From the IMG/VR virus record IMGVR_UViG_3300026521_000161, positions 1 to 64,000 of that record: a DNA stretch of 64,000 nt; one strand, given 5' to 3'. Below, piece after piece: positions 10,448 through 20,397 of the stretch. Every line of letters begins with the position of its first letter. Position 1 is the first letter of the stretch. Source of the DNA: a virus. The position numbers and the translations under genes were made by a program. The notes under the pieces were generated by a model that saw only the letters and a program-made list of their open reading frames with translations, was not told where the DNA came from and made no database searches.

Positions 10448-13400
10448 CTAGATGAATTCCCTATATTCGATAGACTTAATATTTTTAGCTCTCTTCCTGA
10501 ATAACTTCATTCTGTTATGGTTATATGTTTTATGTTGTCTTATATCAGACGACCATATATAAACAAAATCCATCTTCTTACCTTTTAAATCTCTAAGTCT
10601 ACCTAATGTCTGCAAGTTAGCTTGCACGCTATCGACATTAACAGTTTGTATAACTGTTACTAGGTTAGGAATATCTAATGCGGTACCGGCACTTTGTAAC
10701 GTACTAATAATAATATCGGACTTCTCTATAACATCGTAACCATCCTCCTCTGTATACTTACTGATATTAAGTTTAAGTTTTGTTCTTAAATAATCAGCCA
10801 TCATCACACACATTTTAACTGTACCCATGAATATCATAAGCTTATCATCTTTAGCTCTTTTCTTAACATAGAAACCTAATGTTAAACCATATATCATCTT
10901 TAGATAATTATTTAGTATCCTTCTATTTTTTATAATAGAATTCTCTAACATTGGCTGGTTGTATCCGAAGTTGTTTTTAAACCTTATAAGCTTTCTCTGC
11001 ATGAATCTAAACCTAACAGATGTTATGTATATATAAGGTTTATACTTAACTATATTAGAAGCTCTATTACTCTCCGGGAACATGATGTGGTACATCTTAT
11101 CTAGTTCTTTATCTTTAGTAACTAATGTAGCTGTAATACCTATAAATAACTTTATATTACTAAACAACATAGTCTTATAAACATTAAAGAACTCTTGATG
11201 TGTTTCATCATTAAGAACTATTTCTGTACCTAGTGCATCGAATAAGTCATCTGGTGATAGATCTGTATACTCCGTTAATTCACCAGTTAGATATCTCTTA
11301 ACTAAGTAATTCAACGTTGTTAACGATATGATGAAACATTTATATCTCTTAGCTAATTCTTCATTGTGCATGAGGTTAACAAGATTTGTTAAACCTTTAA
11401 CTATACATATCTCATCTCTCTTTATATCTGTGAGAGTTGTTATGTCATCTACCCATTTATCTATGTATCTAGGTAAAACTATCATAGAGAATGTTTTATT
11501 TATTCTGGACATAGATGCCATGGATATGAACGTGTTGTGTGTTACTATATAATCTTTAACAACAAAGAGTTTATCTTTATTATCCACAGATATACATACG
11601 GCTTCCTCTTTTACAGATTTCTCTATAGAAACTATACGTAGTTTAAGATTATGACTATATTGGTTCTTATCCTTTAATCTATCTCTACGTTTAGGTAATG
11701 TTACTATATCTCTAGGGTTTTTGACACGTATATGTAGTCTATACGATAGCCTACCACGTTTCTTCTCTCCTTTATGTGTATAGTATGTATATCTAGTACC
11801 TACGCTACACATTCCTCCAAGACTCCTAACTAATAACTGTACGTCTTTAGCTAACTGTTCACTAGTAGTACTATAAGAGGCCCCGCCATTTATACCTACT
11901 TCTCCATCTGTATCCATTAAACCACGTAATAGTTCGTATCTCTGTTCTAACGATCCCTCCATGTATTCTTCCGGTATGAACTTAGACCACGCGCGCTTAT
12001 CATATAGACCATATTCCCTAAGAGCTTCGCGCATATCTATATCGGGTTTATTACGTAGGTCTTGAAAAAGTATGGAGAATGTTTTAAAGTCCTTTTTTCT
12101 ACGTATTTTGTAACCTTCATTAATGAACTTACCAACTCTATTAAAAACGTGATCAGAAACATTAGTTATCTCTAGTGCTGGCATATGTCCATCCCCTAAA
12201 AGAGCACCCATAACATATGGATGTATCTTAAGATACATAGGTTCTTTATCCATAGGCTCTGGTAGATCTATATAATACCGACTACCATCTTTCTTACCCT
12301 TAACTGTATCTAGATAGTTCATGATATCTTCGGTAGTTAATACCTTAGCACTCATGTTTTTACCGATCGTATCAAAATTAGTTAGTTTAGGTAATTCATC
12401 TTCTATATCCATGATAGTATCTACATATATATCAACAGCTATAAAATCTGTACCTGGTACTTTATCGATATGTGCTATACCCATAAGACTTTCCACTAAC
12501 GCCACTATCTGTTTAGCATATGCTAATGTATCACAAATGATCCTAGGACCACCATTACCTTTTATAATACCATCTAGTAAATCTTTACGTTGCTTAGGTA
12601 AGCCAGAAAGATATCTACCTGGTATAAAGAAACCATTATTATCCGGACCTAGTTTAAGTAGGTTAAGCTGTCTCATGATAGCGTGTTTTTGTATCTTTTC
12701 ATTAACATGCTTTATATATAAAACACCATCATTAACTTCTGTATAGAATATGTCCCTTAAGCCATTGTTAATCTTATTTATATCATATCCAGAGAGGTTA
12801 GGTATATCTAAAACAACATTGGCTTGCTTACTACCTATCATTAGACCTAATAGAAATGGATCTATTATATAGTTACGGTATTTATAATTTTTAACACTTC
12901 TTTTAGTGAACAGATAAGAATGCACTGTCCATAAGTGATCTAGACCTGCCTCTATTGTTCTACCGTCCGAAAATGTTACTTTATATAATTGCATTATACC
13001 TTGCGGATATACGCCAGTAACCGTTGTCTCTAACCCATCCCTTCCTATAACTTTTTCGCCCCTTCTAACGTCTCCTATACGCTTCCAGCCATGCTTTAGA
13101 CGTATAGGTGTATCACAGCTTATCATCTTCCCGTAACCTGTGAAAAGATCGATGAGCACGTTATGTTTGTTGAATTCAGTTATCTTTTGTATATAGGTCT
13201 CTTGATAATCCCTTGGTATATAATTGGGATTAAGTTCTATATTTACATCGTTACCAATGATAGGTTTAAAAGCTTCTACGCGTATGTTATCTTTTTCTAT
13301 TCCCATATTCTGTAAGAAAGTTGTGAGGCTATCTAATAACGTTATAGGGTAACGTAGTTGATCCTGTTTAACATTATATCCCTCTTCTCTTGTCTCTGTT

Positions 13401-13579
13401 ATATAGAAATGTTTATCTGGTTTAGTTACTACTTGTGGTTTTCTACTATTATTAACTTTCATTAACGCTATCTTGTGTGTTATAAGTGATTTATTAAAAT
13501 CATATAGTGTATGTAAAAGCTTACTATAGTTATCACTCGTAACAGTGAAATACTGACTATACTTCTTGATGAAAATCAT
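10448..13579 (-). CDS. SF2 (UvsW/DExH-like) helicase, phiKZ gp75-like, intein-containing
   Basis: PRDYQ Q-motif, TGYGK|T Walker A split by intein, DETH, TAT, QTLGRLR. Confidence 0.85.
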   Translation of the reverse strand: MIFIKKYSQYFTVTSDNYSKLLHTLYDFNKSLITHKIALMKVNNSRKPQVVTKPDKHFYITETREEGYNVKQDQLRYPITLLDSLTTFLQNMGIEKDNIRVEAFKPIIGNDVNIELNPNYIPRDYQETYIQKITEFNKHNVLIDLFTGYGKMISCDTPIRLKHGWKRIGDVRRGEKVIGRDGLETTVTGVYPQGIMQLYKVTFSDGRTIEAGLDHLWTVHSYLFTKRSVKNYKYRNYIIDPFLLGLMIGSKQANVVLDIPNLSGYDINKINNGLRDIFYTEVNDGVLYIKHVNEKIQKHAIMRQLNLLKLGPDNNGFFIPGRYLSGLPKQRKDLLDGIIKGNGGPRIICDTLAYAKQIVALVESLMGIAHIDKVPGTDFIAVDIYVDTIMDIEDELPKLTNFDTIGKNMSAKVLTTEDIMNYLDTVKGKKDGSRYYIDLPEPMDKEPMYLKIHPYVMGALLGDGHMPALEITNVSDHVFNRVGKFINEGYKIRRKKDFKTFSILFQDLRNKPDIDMREALREYGLYDKRAWSKFIPEEYMEGSLEQRYELLRGLMDTDGEVGINGGASYSTTSEQLAKDVQLLVRSLGGMCSVGTRYTYYTHKGEKKRGRLSYRLHIRVKNPRDIVTLPKRRDRLKDKNQYSHNLKLRIVSIEKSVKEEAVCISVDNKDKLFVVKDYIVTHNTFISMASMSRINKTFSMIVLPRYIDKWVDDITTLTDIKRDEICIVKGLTNLVNLMHNEELAKRYKCFIISLTTLNYLVKRYLTGELTEYTDLSPDDLFDALGTEIVLNDETHQEFFNVYKTMLFSNIKLFIGITATLVTKDKELDKMYHIMFPESNRASNIVKYKPYIYITSVRFRFMQRKLIRFKNNFGYNQPMLENSIIKNRRILNNYLKMIYGLTLGFYVKKRAKDDKLMIFMGTVKMCVMMADYLRTKLKLNISKYTEEDGYDVIEKSDIIISTLQSAGTALDIPNLVTVIQTVNVDSVQANLQTLGRLRDLKGKKMDFVYIWSSDIRQHKTYNHNRMKLFRKRAKNIKSIEYREFI
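11534..13126 (-). mobile_element. Class-3 intein (531 aa, Met1) with degenerate plus intact LAGLIDADG endonuclease modules
   Basis: GK|MISCDTP...HLW...AVCISVD...IVTHN|T; GALLGDG and RGLMDTDG motifs. Confidence 0.88.
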
Positions 13580-13719
13580 AACGCCTCCTTTTCTTTCTAA
13601 TTTAAATCAGGTTGTGGAATTTCCTACTACCTAGTGTTTAACACGGTTTTCTCCTTTTTTTATAAATATTAAAAACATGAACACCATACAGAGGATAATA
13701 CCTCTGTATGATATTGCTT

Positions 13720-15735
13720 TTACTTGTTCTTTGATTTATAATCTTCAATAGCCTCATTTGGACAGAAGAATACATCCATAGGTGTACTACATTTGTTTTC
13801 TTTCACATGCGTAACAGGTGATAACGTTTTACCTAATAAGTTATCCCAGTTGAAAGATGCTCCTACTGATCTATAATCTATAACTTCTCTAAAAGCAACT
13901 ACATCTCTACTTTTAGCGTTTCTACCTAAGTCAAAGTTTCTGTTAGTAAGATCTTGAACTGTGAACGCATATGTAAGTACTTCTAATAACGCTATGTTAA
14001 CATTAAGCTTATTGTTTATAAGCTCAAATAGATTTTGTACTAAAACATGTGGACCAAATTCTGACTTGTATCTACCATTAACATTTTTATACTTACGTGT
14101 CTTGAGCATAGATTTAAACTCTTTAATAAGTGCTGCAAAATCGAACTCTACTTTTTCATAAATAAACACAGGTCTCTTGTTATCAAAGTTGTTGATATCC
14201 ACCATATAGTATTCTTCATCTAGAGTACTATAACCATTCTTGATGATGTGTGAGAGCATGTCTATGGAGAATACAGCTCTTCTTGTAGCATACTTAAGAT
14301 TAAGCTCTATCTCTACTGATTCTTTCTTAGATTCTATAACTAAGATAACCGATGACAATCTAGATACCTTATTGATGTTAATGGAGAATATATCTTTAAC
14401 ATTCATGATGTTATCTATACCCCATGCTTCTCTCTGTTTGAACTTAAGATAGATATTCTTAATCTTCTTACCTAGGACACCAGCTTTAAATAGCAGTTTT
14501 TCATTGTTGCGTACTAACATAAACTTAGATACAGATGGATCGAGTTTAATGCTTGCCGTAACTGCTGATGTTAATAGGTGTTTAGTAGATAGTAGGGCTT
14601 GCGACATACCTGCTGAACCAGATGTCGATGTTATATGTCCTAAGTTCTGGTGGTCTAATATAGAATCAGCTATCTCACCTATACAAGCTGAACATATAGA
14701 ATGTTTATCTGGTAAACCACAATATACAGCCATACGTAATTGTATGTATTCACCTACTAAATGTTCCTCGGTACCATCTATGATACGCTCTACATTATCT
14801 TTAAACTTATAGCGTTTACCTATAAGATTAGTTAGATCTCCTTTTCTCTCTAATTCACCATTACCATTATATTCATCTGGCCTAACATAGAAATCCACAT
14901 AAGTAGGTTTCCCACAATCTCCTCTATGAACATTTTCTATAGTCATAGTAGCTAACTGTAACTCTCTAGCCATATACTCAGCATCTTGAATAGCTTTACT
15001 AGAAAGATACATAGCTTTAGCACCTGCTCTAGATTCTATAGCTGCATCATAGATACCCTTAAACCCTAGTGTGAAACTGTTAGACATAGGTATAGTGAAT
15101 ATCTTACTATCCATCTCTGTTACGAAACCACGCGGTCCTAATAACTGGCGCATCTGTCCTATAGAAACCATCTTAGATCTATATAGTAAACTAACTGGGT
15201 TATTGTTAAACTTTGGTAGTTTCATAACTTCATCTAACACATTATACGCCTCGTCTATAGAGACTTTACTATTTTTAATGCTTACATTATGAATAGCTTC
15301 CATAAGCTTTGGTTCGAATTGTATATCTAATATGTCTAGTAATGAACTACCTATAGCATAATGTGCTACTTCAGCTACTAAGTATTTGTTAACTAAATCT
15401 ATACTAACGTACATATTTTTAAATAGCTTTAGTTTACTGGAGTTAGACATATATCTATCTGATGATTTAGCTACTTTCCTAAATACTAAACTATATATAG
15501 ATAGATACGTTCCATTAGTAAATAAACCGTTTACTAAGTGTTTCTCTACCCATAGGTCTGATGTTAGTTCTACTTTACTACTTTTATAGAAGTTAAGCAG
15601 GTATCTAAAAAGTATGATATGTTTATAAAACGCATGTATAACCACACCATCTTCAAAAACTATATCTATGTTCTTTCTTAGACCTAAAATAGTTTTTAGG
15701 TCTACCTGCATGATCTTACTAATAGGTATTTGCAT
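13720..15735 (-). CDS. Non-virion RNA polymerase beta' C-terminal subunit (phiKZ gp74-like)
   Basis: QLLGPRG, ESRAGAKA bridge-helix region, GDCG, C..IC..CIG Zn site, SQALLSTKH trigger-loop-like motif. Confidence 0.85.
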   Translation of the reverse strand: MQIPISKIMQVDLKTILGLRKNIDIVFEDGVVIHAFYKHIILFRYLLNFYKSSKVELTSDLWVEKHLVNGLFTNGTYLSIYSLVFRKVAKSSDRYMSNSSKLKLFKNMYVSIDLVNKYLVAEVAHYAIGSSLLDILDIQFEPKLMEAIHNVSIKNSKVSIDEAYNVLDEVMKLPKFNNNPVSLLYRSKMVSIGQMRQLLGPRGFVTEMDSKIFTIPMSNSFTLGFKGIYDAAIESRAGAKAMYLSSKAIQDAEYMARELQLATMTIENVHRGDCGKPTYVDFYVRPDEYNGNGELERKGDLTNLIGKRYKFKDNVERIIDGTEEHLVGEYIQLRMAVYCGLPDKHSICSACIGEIADSILDHQNLGHITSTSGSAGMSQALLSTKHLLTSAVTASIKLDPSVSKFMLVRNNEKLLFKAGVLGKKIKNIYLKFKQREAWGIDNIMNVKDIFSININKVSRLSSVILVIESKKESVEIELNLKYATRRAVFSIDMLSHIIKNGYSTLDEEYYMVDINNFDNKRPVFIYEKVEFDFAALIKEFKSMLKTRKYKNVNGRYKSEFGPHVLVQNLFELINNKLNVNIALLEVLTYAFTVQDLTNRNFDLGRNAKSRDVVAFREVIDYRSVGASFNWDNLLGKTLSPVTHVKENKCSTPMDVFFCPNEAIEDYKSKNK

Positions 15736-15737
15736 CT

Positions 15738-16751
15738 TTACTCCTTATCTTCTGCTAGATCTGATTCATCTACATCACTGATATTAGTTATATCTGTGAT
15801 ATATTCCTCAACACTGTTTTCCTCGTACTCGTACTCTGATTGGGTTTCAGGCACATATTCTAATTCCATACCTATAGAATTCCATAATGATGTTAATATA
15901 GTCAACCCACGTTCTCTACCATATGGCGTCACTGATCTATCTATAATAGTATCTATAGATGTTGGTGTGCCATTAGTTAATAATTTACTATACACTTCCT
16001 CATGTGACTCTATAGACGTATTAAGATCTTTTAACTCAGCTAAGAACTCTCTACCACCATAGGCAGCGAATATACGTCCCTCTGTTTCACCTTGTGTTCT
16101 AACAGGACTATTCTTAGCAGGTAACCTATATCTATCATTTTTGCTTGTAACGATAGGTATACCAAAATGATTTAATTTAGCAGAACTAGTAGTTAATACT
16201 GTATCAGCTATCTTACTTAACATAAAGATATACATAGGCGCTATCATAACTGGATCTTCCGAAGTACGCGGCCTACCATCATATGTAAATTTTACCTTAT
16301 CGTAAACTGGTTTATAAATAGATTTATCTAAATCCTTTATAATCTCATACTTACGTTTTTCATTATCGGTAGTTAGGTAAGCTCTAAATCTATCATATAT
16401 GATCTCCTCTACTACAGATAGCATAGACTCTCTATCATTATTGTGTAGTATACCGTTATAAACATCAAACATACCATTACCTAATATACCCATGAAATCC
16501 CTAGCATGCAGGAATAGATTTTTAAGCTGTACATCTGTTAACTCATATGGTTCCGTTACATTATACCTTTTATATTCGTCTCTTACAATGCGCTCTAACT
16601 TCAGCATAGATGCTTTAGTAGTAGCTTCATAAGGACCACCTATATTAAGCCTAGATATAGTAGATTTCGGATCCACTATCATCTCCGCTCTATTACCGTC
16701 TTTATCGATAGGCATCTCTTCATCAGGCCATACCGATACAATTGTACCTTT
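15738..16751 (-). CDS. nvRNAP beta C-terminal subunit (phiKZ gp71-73-like), exon 2
   Basis: In-frame KGTIVSVWPDEEMP..DG..AEMIVDP.STISRLNIG and GETEGR; starts after intron terminal G. Confidence 0.88.
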   Translation of the reverse strand, partial: KGTIVSVWPDEEMPIDKDGNRAEMIVDPKSTISRLNIGGPYEATTKASMLKLERIVRDEYKRYNVTEPYELTDVQLKNLFLHARDFMGILGNGMFDVYNGILHNNDRESMLSVVEEIIYDRFRAYLTTDNEKRKYEIIKDLDKSIYKPVYDKVKFTYDGRPRTSEDPVMIAPMYIFMLSKIADTVLTTSSAKLNHFGIPIVTSKNDRYRLPAKNSPVRTQGETEGRIFAAYGGREFLAELKDLNTSIESHEEVYSKLLTNGTPTSIDTIIDRSVTPYGRERGLTILTSLWNSIGMELEYVPETQSEYEYEENSVEEYITDITNISDVDESDLAEDKE

Positions 16752-18663
16752 CGAATATGTTCAAGTGGCTCGCTACACCACCCCGCGTCTCTAAACGCTG
16801 CTCACTCTCTCGAATGAAGACTTGGTCGATTACCAAGAATGACTTTCGTCGTCCAGACTATATCTAATCCCTTATTACTAAGGGCCGAAACATTTCCATT
16901 TAAGGGATTTTATACCCACCTGCTTAGGCCGTACTCCCTGGTGAGGGGATAGTCGTTGAGCCCACACGCTCCATATAGGATGTATCTCTACGTTTAAGGT
17001 GCTTCGCTGCGTCGGTTACCTAATCTCATAAGGTTTTTACTATGCTTAACTCTTCCATTACTGGGTTAAGTATCATAGTCTGTTTCCAGCTATGAGTAGT
17101 ACTTATGAGCTCTAAAGGCGTCCCCGTCATTAGTATCGTTCTAAGTTATAAGATTACTCCTATAACTGGCTTACATAATATTCCATTACATTAATCTATC
17201 TGTATAATCTTCAGGCTTCGCATCTCCTGGAAGATTAAGATCTTTCTTCATATCTTCAAAAGTCTGATACGACTTTCCATTATATGTGTATTTATAAAAC
17301 TCACGTAATATTTTACGTAGTTCACCTTCTATACTCTGAAACTTTGTGTTATGTAGTATATTTAATCTAACTTTCATCTTCTTAGCTATCTCTGCTTTTT
17401 GAGCATCGTTAGTCTGTACTTCTTTAAGTAGGTCATTACCGCCCCATGCCTTAATAGGAATGTAGTGTTGGTTACCATTGTACTCTATGAAGATGTTAAG
17501 TCTGTTAAGATAGAAGTCATACTTGTATTTGTAATCTTTGATACCGTATTCTCTTTCATGCTCTATACCGAATTTATTAAGAACACGCTCTATCTCTTTC
17601 TCATTCTTAGACCCAGCACATAGTAAACAACCCCTACCTCTAAGATGCTCGTTAGCAACTTGCTGGAAATCCCCATGAACAGGACACCCTATAGTTACTG
17701 TATCCAATGTTGTTCTAAATGATACTTTACTATAATCATATCTGTTGTTATGTATTTCATTAGCTTTAGATATGAACTCCGATACATCTGTCCTACGATT
17801 ATCGTTATAACATTTACTACAACCTCTACCCTCTAGATGTCCATCCAGCCTCTGCTCGAATTCACCATGTATAGGACAAATAATAGTACCCTTATGAGCA
17901 ACACTCTTGAATATAAGTTTACTATAATCGTACTTGTTGTTATGTACCTTATTAGCCCTCTCTATAAATCCATCTCTACCCATACTAGTGTTATTGGCAG
18001 CTTTATCTCTACCGCACCTAGCACAACCGAACCCTGCTAAATGACTACTAGGTAATTGTTTAAAATCACCATGGACTGGACACGTTATGATAACGTGTTT
18101 GGTAACACCTTTATAATCTGTTTTACCATAGCTATACTTTTTACCGTGTTTGGCCTCAGCTTCCCTAATAAAATCTTCAGTAGTTCTTTTAGGTCCAGCT
18201 GAACATTTAGGACATCCCTGTCCAATTAGATGCTTGTCTGGTCTCTTATCAAAATCACCGTGTATAGGACACCCTATCACAACAGCTGTTCTATTGTTAA
18301 TATAGTTAACTTTAGAATAATCATATTTATCGCCATGGATTTTACGAGCTTTAGCTACGAACTTATCTGCGTTAGATGATATACTACTATGTGCTTTCTT
18401 TTTACCGCATTCTGGACAACCACTACCCTTAAGAAAATTATTTGGTGTTGGGTAAAAGCTACCGTGGATGGGGCATATAACTTCTATGTCTTCTTTACTA
18501 CCTTTGTATACGACTTTACTGAAATCGTATTTGGTACCTAACCTTCTGGCTTTCTCTAAAAACGTTTCTGTTGTTAACGCTTTAGCCATTTCATATCCTT
18601 TTGTTTTATTTGCGAATTTGTGTTTGTAATTGGAATATCAGTCTTTACCTACCGGTAAATCAC
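16752..18663 (-). mobile_element. Group I intron (1912 nt) with homing endonuclease in P1 loop
   Basis: Splicing GGU|...G|AAA restores MGG-KGTIV. R (CAACGACUA) and S (AGAUAUAGUCU) elements present. GUAA-capped P2. Confidence 0.92.
17186..18589 (-). CDS. Intron-encoded homing endonuclease: five CPxHG...GCxxC zinc-ribbon repeats (DUF723-like) plus C-terminal PD-(D/E)xK/Vsr-like nuclease
   Basis: 5 repeats of YDYSKV..CP(I/V)HG..H..G.GC..C; YDFYL....IFIEYNGNQHY. Confidence 0.82.
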   Translation of the reverse strand: MAKALTTETFLEKARRLGTKYDFSKVVYKGSKEDIEVICPIHGSFYPTPNNFLKGSGCPECGKKKAHSSISSNADKFVAKARKIHGDKYDYSKVNYINNRTAVVIGCPIHGDFDKRPDKHLIGQGCPKCSAGPKRTTEDFIREAEAKHGKKYSYGKTDYKGVTKHVIITCPVHGDFKQLPSSHLAGFGCARCGRDKAANNTSMGRDGFIERANKVHNNKYDYSKLIFKSVAHKGTIICPIHGEFEQRLDGHLEGRGCSKCYNDNRRTDVSEFISKANEIHNNRYDYSKVSFRTTLDTVTIGCPVHGDFQQVANEHLRGRGCLLCAGSKNEKEIERVLNKFGIEHEREYGIKDYKYKYDFYLNRLNIFIEYNGNQHYIPIKAWGGNDLLKEVQTNDAQKAEIAKKMKVRLNILHNTKFQSIEGELRKILREFYKYTYNGKSYQTFEDMKKDLNLPGDAKPEDYTDRLM

Positions 18664-19875
18664 ACCACCCATTAAATTAGTAAATTTATTCTTTACCCCC
18701 GGAGTTAATTCATACTCGATAGTAAATTCTATTCTGAAAAGATCTAGGGATTCTTTTCTGTATGTTTTCTTACGCTTGGTGCCATAGTGACTCGAATCTA
18801 AAATACCGTACGCTTCTACTAGCAAAGCATTGAATGCATTACTTACAGTTATGTCTTTGTTAAACATTCTTTTATAATCCCTATTAATAGATTCATATGT
18901 CTCTACTATCTGATTATAGTATGCTAATAAAGCATCTGAGTATTTAACTAAATATTTTTCTGTACCTGCTGGTAATGCTCTCTTTCTCTTAGGCGAATAA
19001 TAGACTTTGATATCTACTATCTTACCTTTATTACCTCTAGTATATACAGCTTCATCGAACAAGGGGTTAAAGTCTTGTGTATCTTTAACGCTTGTTAAAC
19101 ATGGCGCGTATAAAGGGTTATTTTTTCTTACGGCAGCTACTACGCCTGTATCGTTGATATATTCACCTATCTCTGGGAACGGTTTATAGTTATCATCATC
19201 ACCATAGATATTAAGTAAGAATGAATCTTCACCTGCTTCCACTACACGCTTATCAAAGATCTTGAATTTAAATTTGTTACAGAAGCTTTCAGATACTACG
19301 AAACCATCTTCGTCTACTTCAGGTAGAGTCATAGTTGCTACGTTGATATCTTTACCGAAGCCATAACCTCCGTCGTCTAATACGGTAGGAGGTACAGCTA
19401 ATTGAGTATCTTTTGGTAGGACGTCACCTCTTACATAAGAGTCTAGTTCTTCATTAAGCTTATACTTAAATCCGAAATAGGGATGGAAAGTATTAGAATA
19501 AGGTATATCTACTATATCTAATTCACCTGTTTCTAGATCTCTTATGATAACTAATCTAGATGTTGTTTTGTTGTCTTCTCCTAAGATATTATATCTCTTG
19601 ATAACAGCTAAGACTTCAGAATCATTATCTACTTGTTTGGCTACAGTATATTTTCTTAATTCTGATTCTAAACCTGTTTGTAACATGTTTTCTTCTGGTT
19701 CGTTGATAACAACTAATTGTGCTATATGACTAGACATCATAAGACCACGTGGTGACGAGTTATGCTCTACGAACGGGTTGATGGCCGCCATAGAGAACAT
19801 CTTCTTATTGAGCTGGAGATCTGGGTCTTGCTCCACATATGAATCTATATGATCTTTATAGTTAAATTCACTCAT
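18664..19875 (-). CDS. nvRNAP beta C-terminal subunit (phiKZ gp71-73-like), exon 1; spliced product ~741 aa
   Basis: NPFVEHNSSPRGLMMSSH, EDGFVVSES, KFTNLMGG motifs of RpoB C-terminal half. Confidence 0.88.
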
Positions 19876-19916
19876 GTACTTCCTTTAAAATTATAGTATT
19901 AGGACGTTGTCCTATA

Positions 19917-19926
19917 TTAATAATAT
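19917..19926 (-). promoter_or_regulatory. Putative early promoter ATATTATTAA with leader hairpin
   Basis: Same context (CTATATTAATAATATGGTTAT) as the 24869 copy; TAGGAC-N3-GTCCTA hairpin downstream. Confidence 0.65.
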
Positions 19927-19994
19927 GGTTATAAAAAAAGATAGAACAGAAAAAAGCTAGAGTAGGCATAGCCTACTCTAGCTTATAATTTAAT

Positions 19995-20348
19995 TTATCT
20001 TGTACCTAAACTTTTTCTATATGCTTTATTTATCTCATATGTATTTAATACATTCTCAAATGTTTCAGGATCTAATATCTTTATCTCTCTTCTACCATCA
20101 TAATCTGTGTTAAGTTTAAGATCGTTTATTCTAAGATGTATATAAAGGGCATTCTCACTTATAGATAGCTCCTTACTTAATAAACCGAATAGATTACCTA
20201 CCCACCTTTGTCCTACTACTGGATCTACTAATGTTGTTCTTATATTATCTTGTATAATAGGTCTAGCTAATATAGATTCTAGATAATGTACGTATTCTTC
20301 ATCCATCTCTATAGGTTCTATACTTAAATCTGTTATAGTCATGATCAC
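19995..20348 (-). CDS. Hypothetical conserved jumbo-phage protein (possible baseplate/LysM-like)
   Basis: 117-aa ORF flanked by terminator hairpins. Confidence 0.55.
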   Translation of the reverse strand: MIMTITDLSIEPIEMDEEYVHYLESILARPIIQDNIRTTLVDPVVGQRWVGNLFGLLSKELSISENALYIHLRINDLKLNTDYDGRREIKILDPETFENVLNTYEINKAYRKSLGTR

Positions 20349-20397
20349 TCCTCTAATTAAAAAATAAAAAACTAGAGGAAGTTAATCCTCTAGTATG

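Noticed and set aside
13625-13660. SD followed by GTG 5-codon mini-ORF upstream of the helicase
   Set aside because: Too short to support a uORF claim without expression data
18649-18663. ORF-track C-terminus VIYR* of the 408-aa ORF and separate 325-aa ORF at 15738-16715
   Set aside because: Artefacts of the intron; splicing restores one beta subunit, so these are not pseudogenes or separate genes
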